A stretch of DNA of 64,000 nt from Takakia lepidozioides (taxonomy: Eukaryota > Plantae > Bryophyta). Position numbers and translations under genes: made by a program. Location: positions 55,304,001 through 55,368,000 of the forward strand of contig CM060731.1 in NCBI GenBank assembly GCA_030704615.1, written 5' to 3'. Shown in pieces: positions 62,023 to 64,000 of this stretch (its first letter is position 1; each line of letters opens with the position of its first letter). Below the pieces are notes generated by a model. It saw only the letters and a list, made by a program, of their open reading frames with translations, was not told the DNA's origin and searched no databases.

Positions 62023-64000
62023 TCAATGATTTCTGGAATCCCTAAGGAGGAGTTTGTGCAGCTCGTTCACGCTCAACGCCGGTACATGAATAAAGTCATC
62101 AATAGTCACGTTCATCCTCAACCTCTTCAGGTAAATGTAATACAGATGCTTGCACGGATAATACTTCAAACCCTTCTTTGCTTCCATCAACGAGAAGTCC
62201 GTACAATTGCAAGTCGGCTCCACTCCAATCGTAATTGTGTATACATCGTCGCGTACAGCCGAGCCGGCCGTTGCCATCCGATACACACGCCCAAGGCCGG
62301 GTGGGGGTACGTCCACGGAGCTCTGAATAGTGCAAGCCATCCCAAGAGCATTGGCAATCCGAGTCTCATTCAACTTGTTGGGAGGGTGTTGTCTCTTCAC
62401 TCTTCCGAATCGCATTGTGGGATGTGCAGAATTGTCCAATCCGTCTCTACTGGACCGAGCAGTCTGCAATGGCTGGGTCTGAGGAACCGGAAATGTGTGG
62501 GCCGGGATGTCTGTGCGTTGCACCATTCGAAATCCTGCTGCAGATAGAGCATCCGCCTCATTCTGAGAGAGGCTGCAACCCGGTGCAACAGGCCAGATGC
62601 CCGGAGGCTCCGGCATTCCCTGAATCCCGTACTTGGGCTTGCCAAATACACAGGTCATTATGTCGTGCCTACAGAACCAAAATGTCTGCGTTGTGGCGTG
62701 AGCAAATGTGGGAGTCAAAAATCTGCCGCTGAAACAAGGTGCAGGTACAGCACCGTGTGGGTTCCTCCAAATCATCTCACCACAGCGTGCTCTCGTATCC
62801 ACCCGGATGGCGCAGCACTTCCCTCGAAATGCCGGCAATGTCCTCACAATTCTCCATTGTGACTCCGACACTCTTGTCTCCACAATGGGAATGTTGTACT
62901 GCTTTACTACAGATGGCTCGTTATGTTGCCGGGGCACGCGCCCTGTGCTCAAAGGAGATGACGATCTTGAACGTGCAGGACTTGCGGTGCTCGACGAGAC
63001 CTCCTCGGGCAACATCACCGGACCACGAGGGAGCGTGCAAATATTCTTGTCAGCTTACCATGAATCCTCTTCTCCGCCAGGTGCCTCGTCTAGTCTTCGT
63101 CTCACTGGACGGGTATAAACATCTCCTTCCAAATGTTGGCCTCTTCGCAGCAATGGCGTGTCCCAAAGGCCCTCTCGCAAGGCCGCCGCCCACTTCCGAG
63201 GATTCTTCGATCTAGAGGCAGTCCGCATCAGCATTTCCTGCCTGTCCGGCCCCAAGCCCCACTGTTTCCCTTTCAAGAACTTGTTGTACCTGCATTGCTG
63301 CATAATTAACCTCACAATGTCCTCCGTTGTGGCAGTGAGGATGTCCACCAGATGCGCCGCAGAGGAGGCACGCCAGGAAGAGTGCACTGATTCGGCCATG
63401 TTTGTCATGGGCATGTCGGTGTCGGAGTCGAGACACATTTCCTGCACAAGCACATGTTGAGGTTACAAGCAAGTTACAAATATGGCCAAGAATAATATTC
63501 AACGGGATGCGAATTCGTGCAACTCACCTCCCGCATATAATCGCCGAACTGGAGGAAACGATAATGCCACCATGCTAGCCAACTGACCATTGCTCCCTCG
63601 TCTGATTTCCTTACAGCACCTGACGATGTCCACCAAGCCCGTATACATGCAAACTGTGTCTCTGCATCATCCAAGGTGGGAGCGCGCTTCCACGCAAGGC
63701 ACATGGAACGGTGCTCCTCTCTGAAATCTGGCGCCACGAGCCTGGTTGTGTACTGCAAAAGGCTCTGCAGAAAATGGAACCCACAAGATCTCTCCTTGCC
63801 TTCCATGGAAACATTGGGGTCTTGCCCATACACCCTTCGGATGGCAGCCCAATTTGCTTGTGCGTTGTCCACCATGAAACCACGGAAATTGGGAGGGGGC
63901 AATCCCGCCTTGGCCATCTGTTCGTTTATTCCCTGCCAAAGAAGCATCTCCGATTGTGTGTCCTCTCCTTTCATCTCACAAATAGCAATTGTCATTAGCA
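62023..64000 (-). pseudogene. MULE transposase C-terminal half with SWIM finger
   Basis: FMVD, CGFH, NMAES, CNCTDF...PCKHLYY. Intron 63442-63527 at the same site as in copy D. Frame disrupted near 63055. Confidence 0.9.

Larger units (their letters stand above)
60337..64000. mobile_element. Mutator-like element copy C (outer TIR missing; runs off the window)
   Basis: 60338-61930 aligns with 14548-16137, then switches to the transposase 3' end. Confidence 0.85.

Overview
This window is eukaryotic, almost entirely transposon-derived DNA. Spliceosomal GT-AG introns, a chromovirus and a captured plant BPP-like motif point to a land plant, probably a non-seed lineage (inference). No intact ordinary host gene, rRNA or tRNA is seen. 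Two classes of element are nested together. (1) At least four Ty3/Gypsy LTR-retrotransposon families. These include a near-complete chromovirus (18305-25244) and an Ogre/Tat-like family with extra 5' and 3' ORFs that has inserted into its own LTRs (5-bp TSD CAGTC around 47804-58515). (2) Four pieces (A 1128-8397, B 14506-18304, D 25245-37934, C ~60337-64000) of a large multi-gene Mutator-like (MULE) DNA transposon family, which is the most interesting content. It carries a GCM-domain/DDE/SWIM transposase. Divergent from it is an intron-containing gene fusing a ParB/Srx-like domain (WDGNHR) to a prokaryote-type beta-class N6A/N4C DNA-methyltransferase fold, with motif IV altered to DIPD. It also carries a pair of paralogous ~190-aa orphan genes, and arrays of 16-20-bp palindromes spaced at whole helical turns (32/53/63/74/84 bp) whose half-site resembles the GCM binding motif. 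Many frameshifts are single-base deletions and may be assembly errors. All assignments are from motif recognition by eye; novelty could not be checked against databases.
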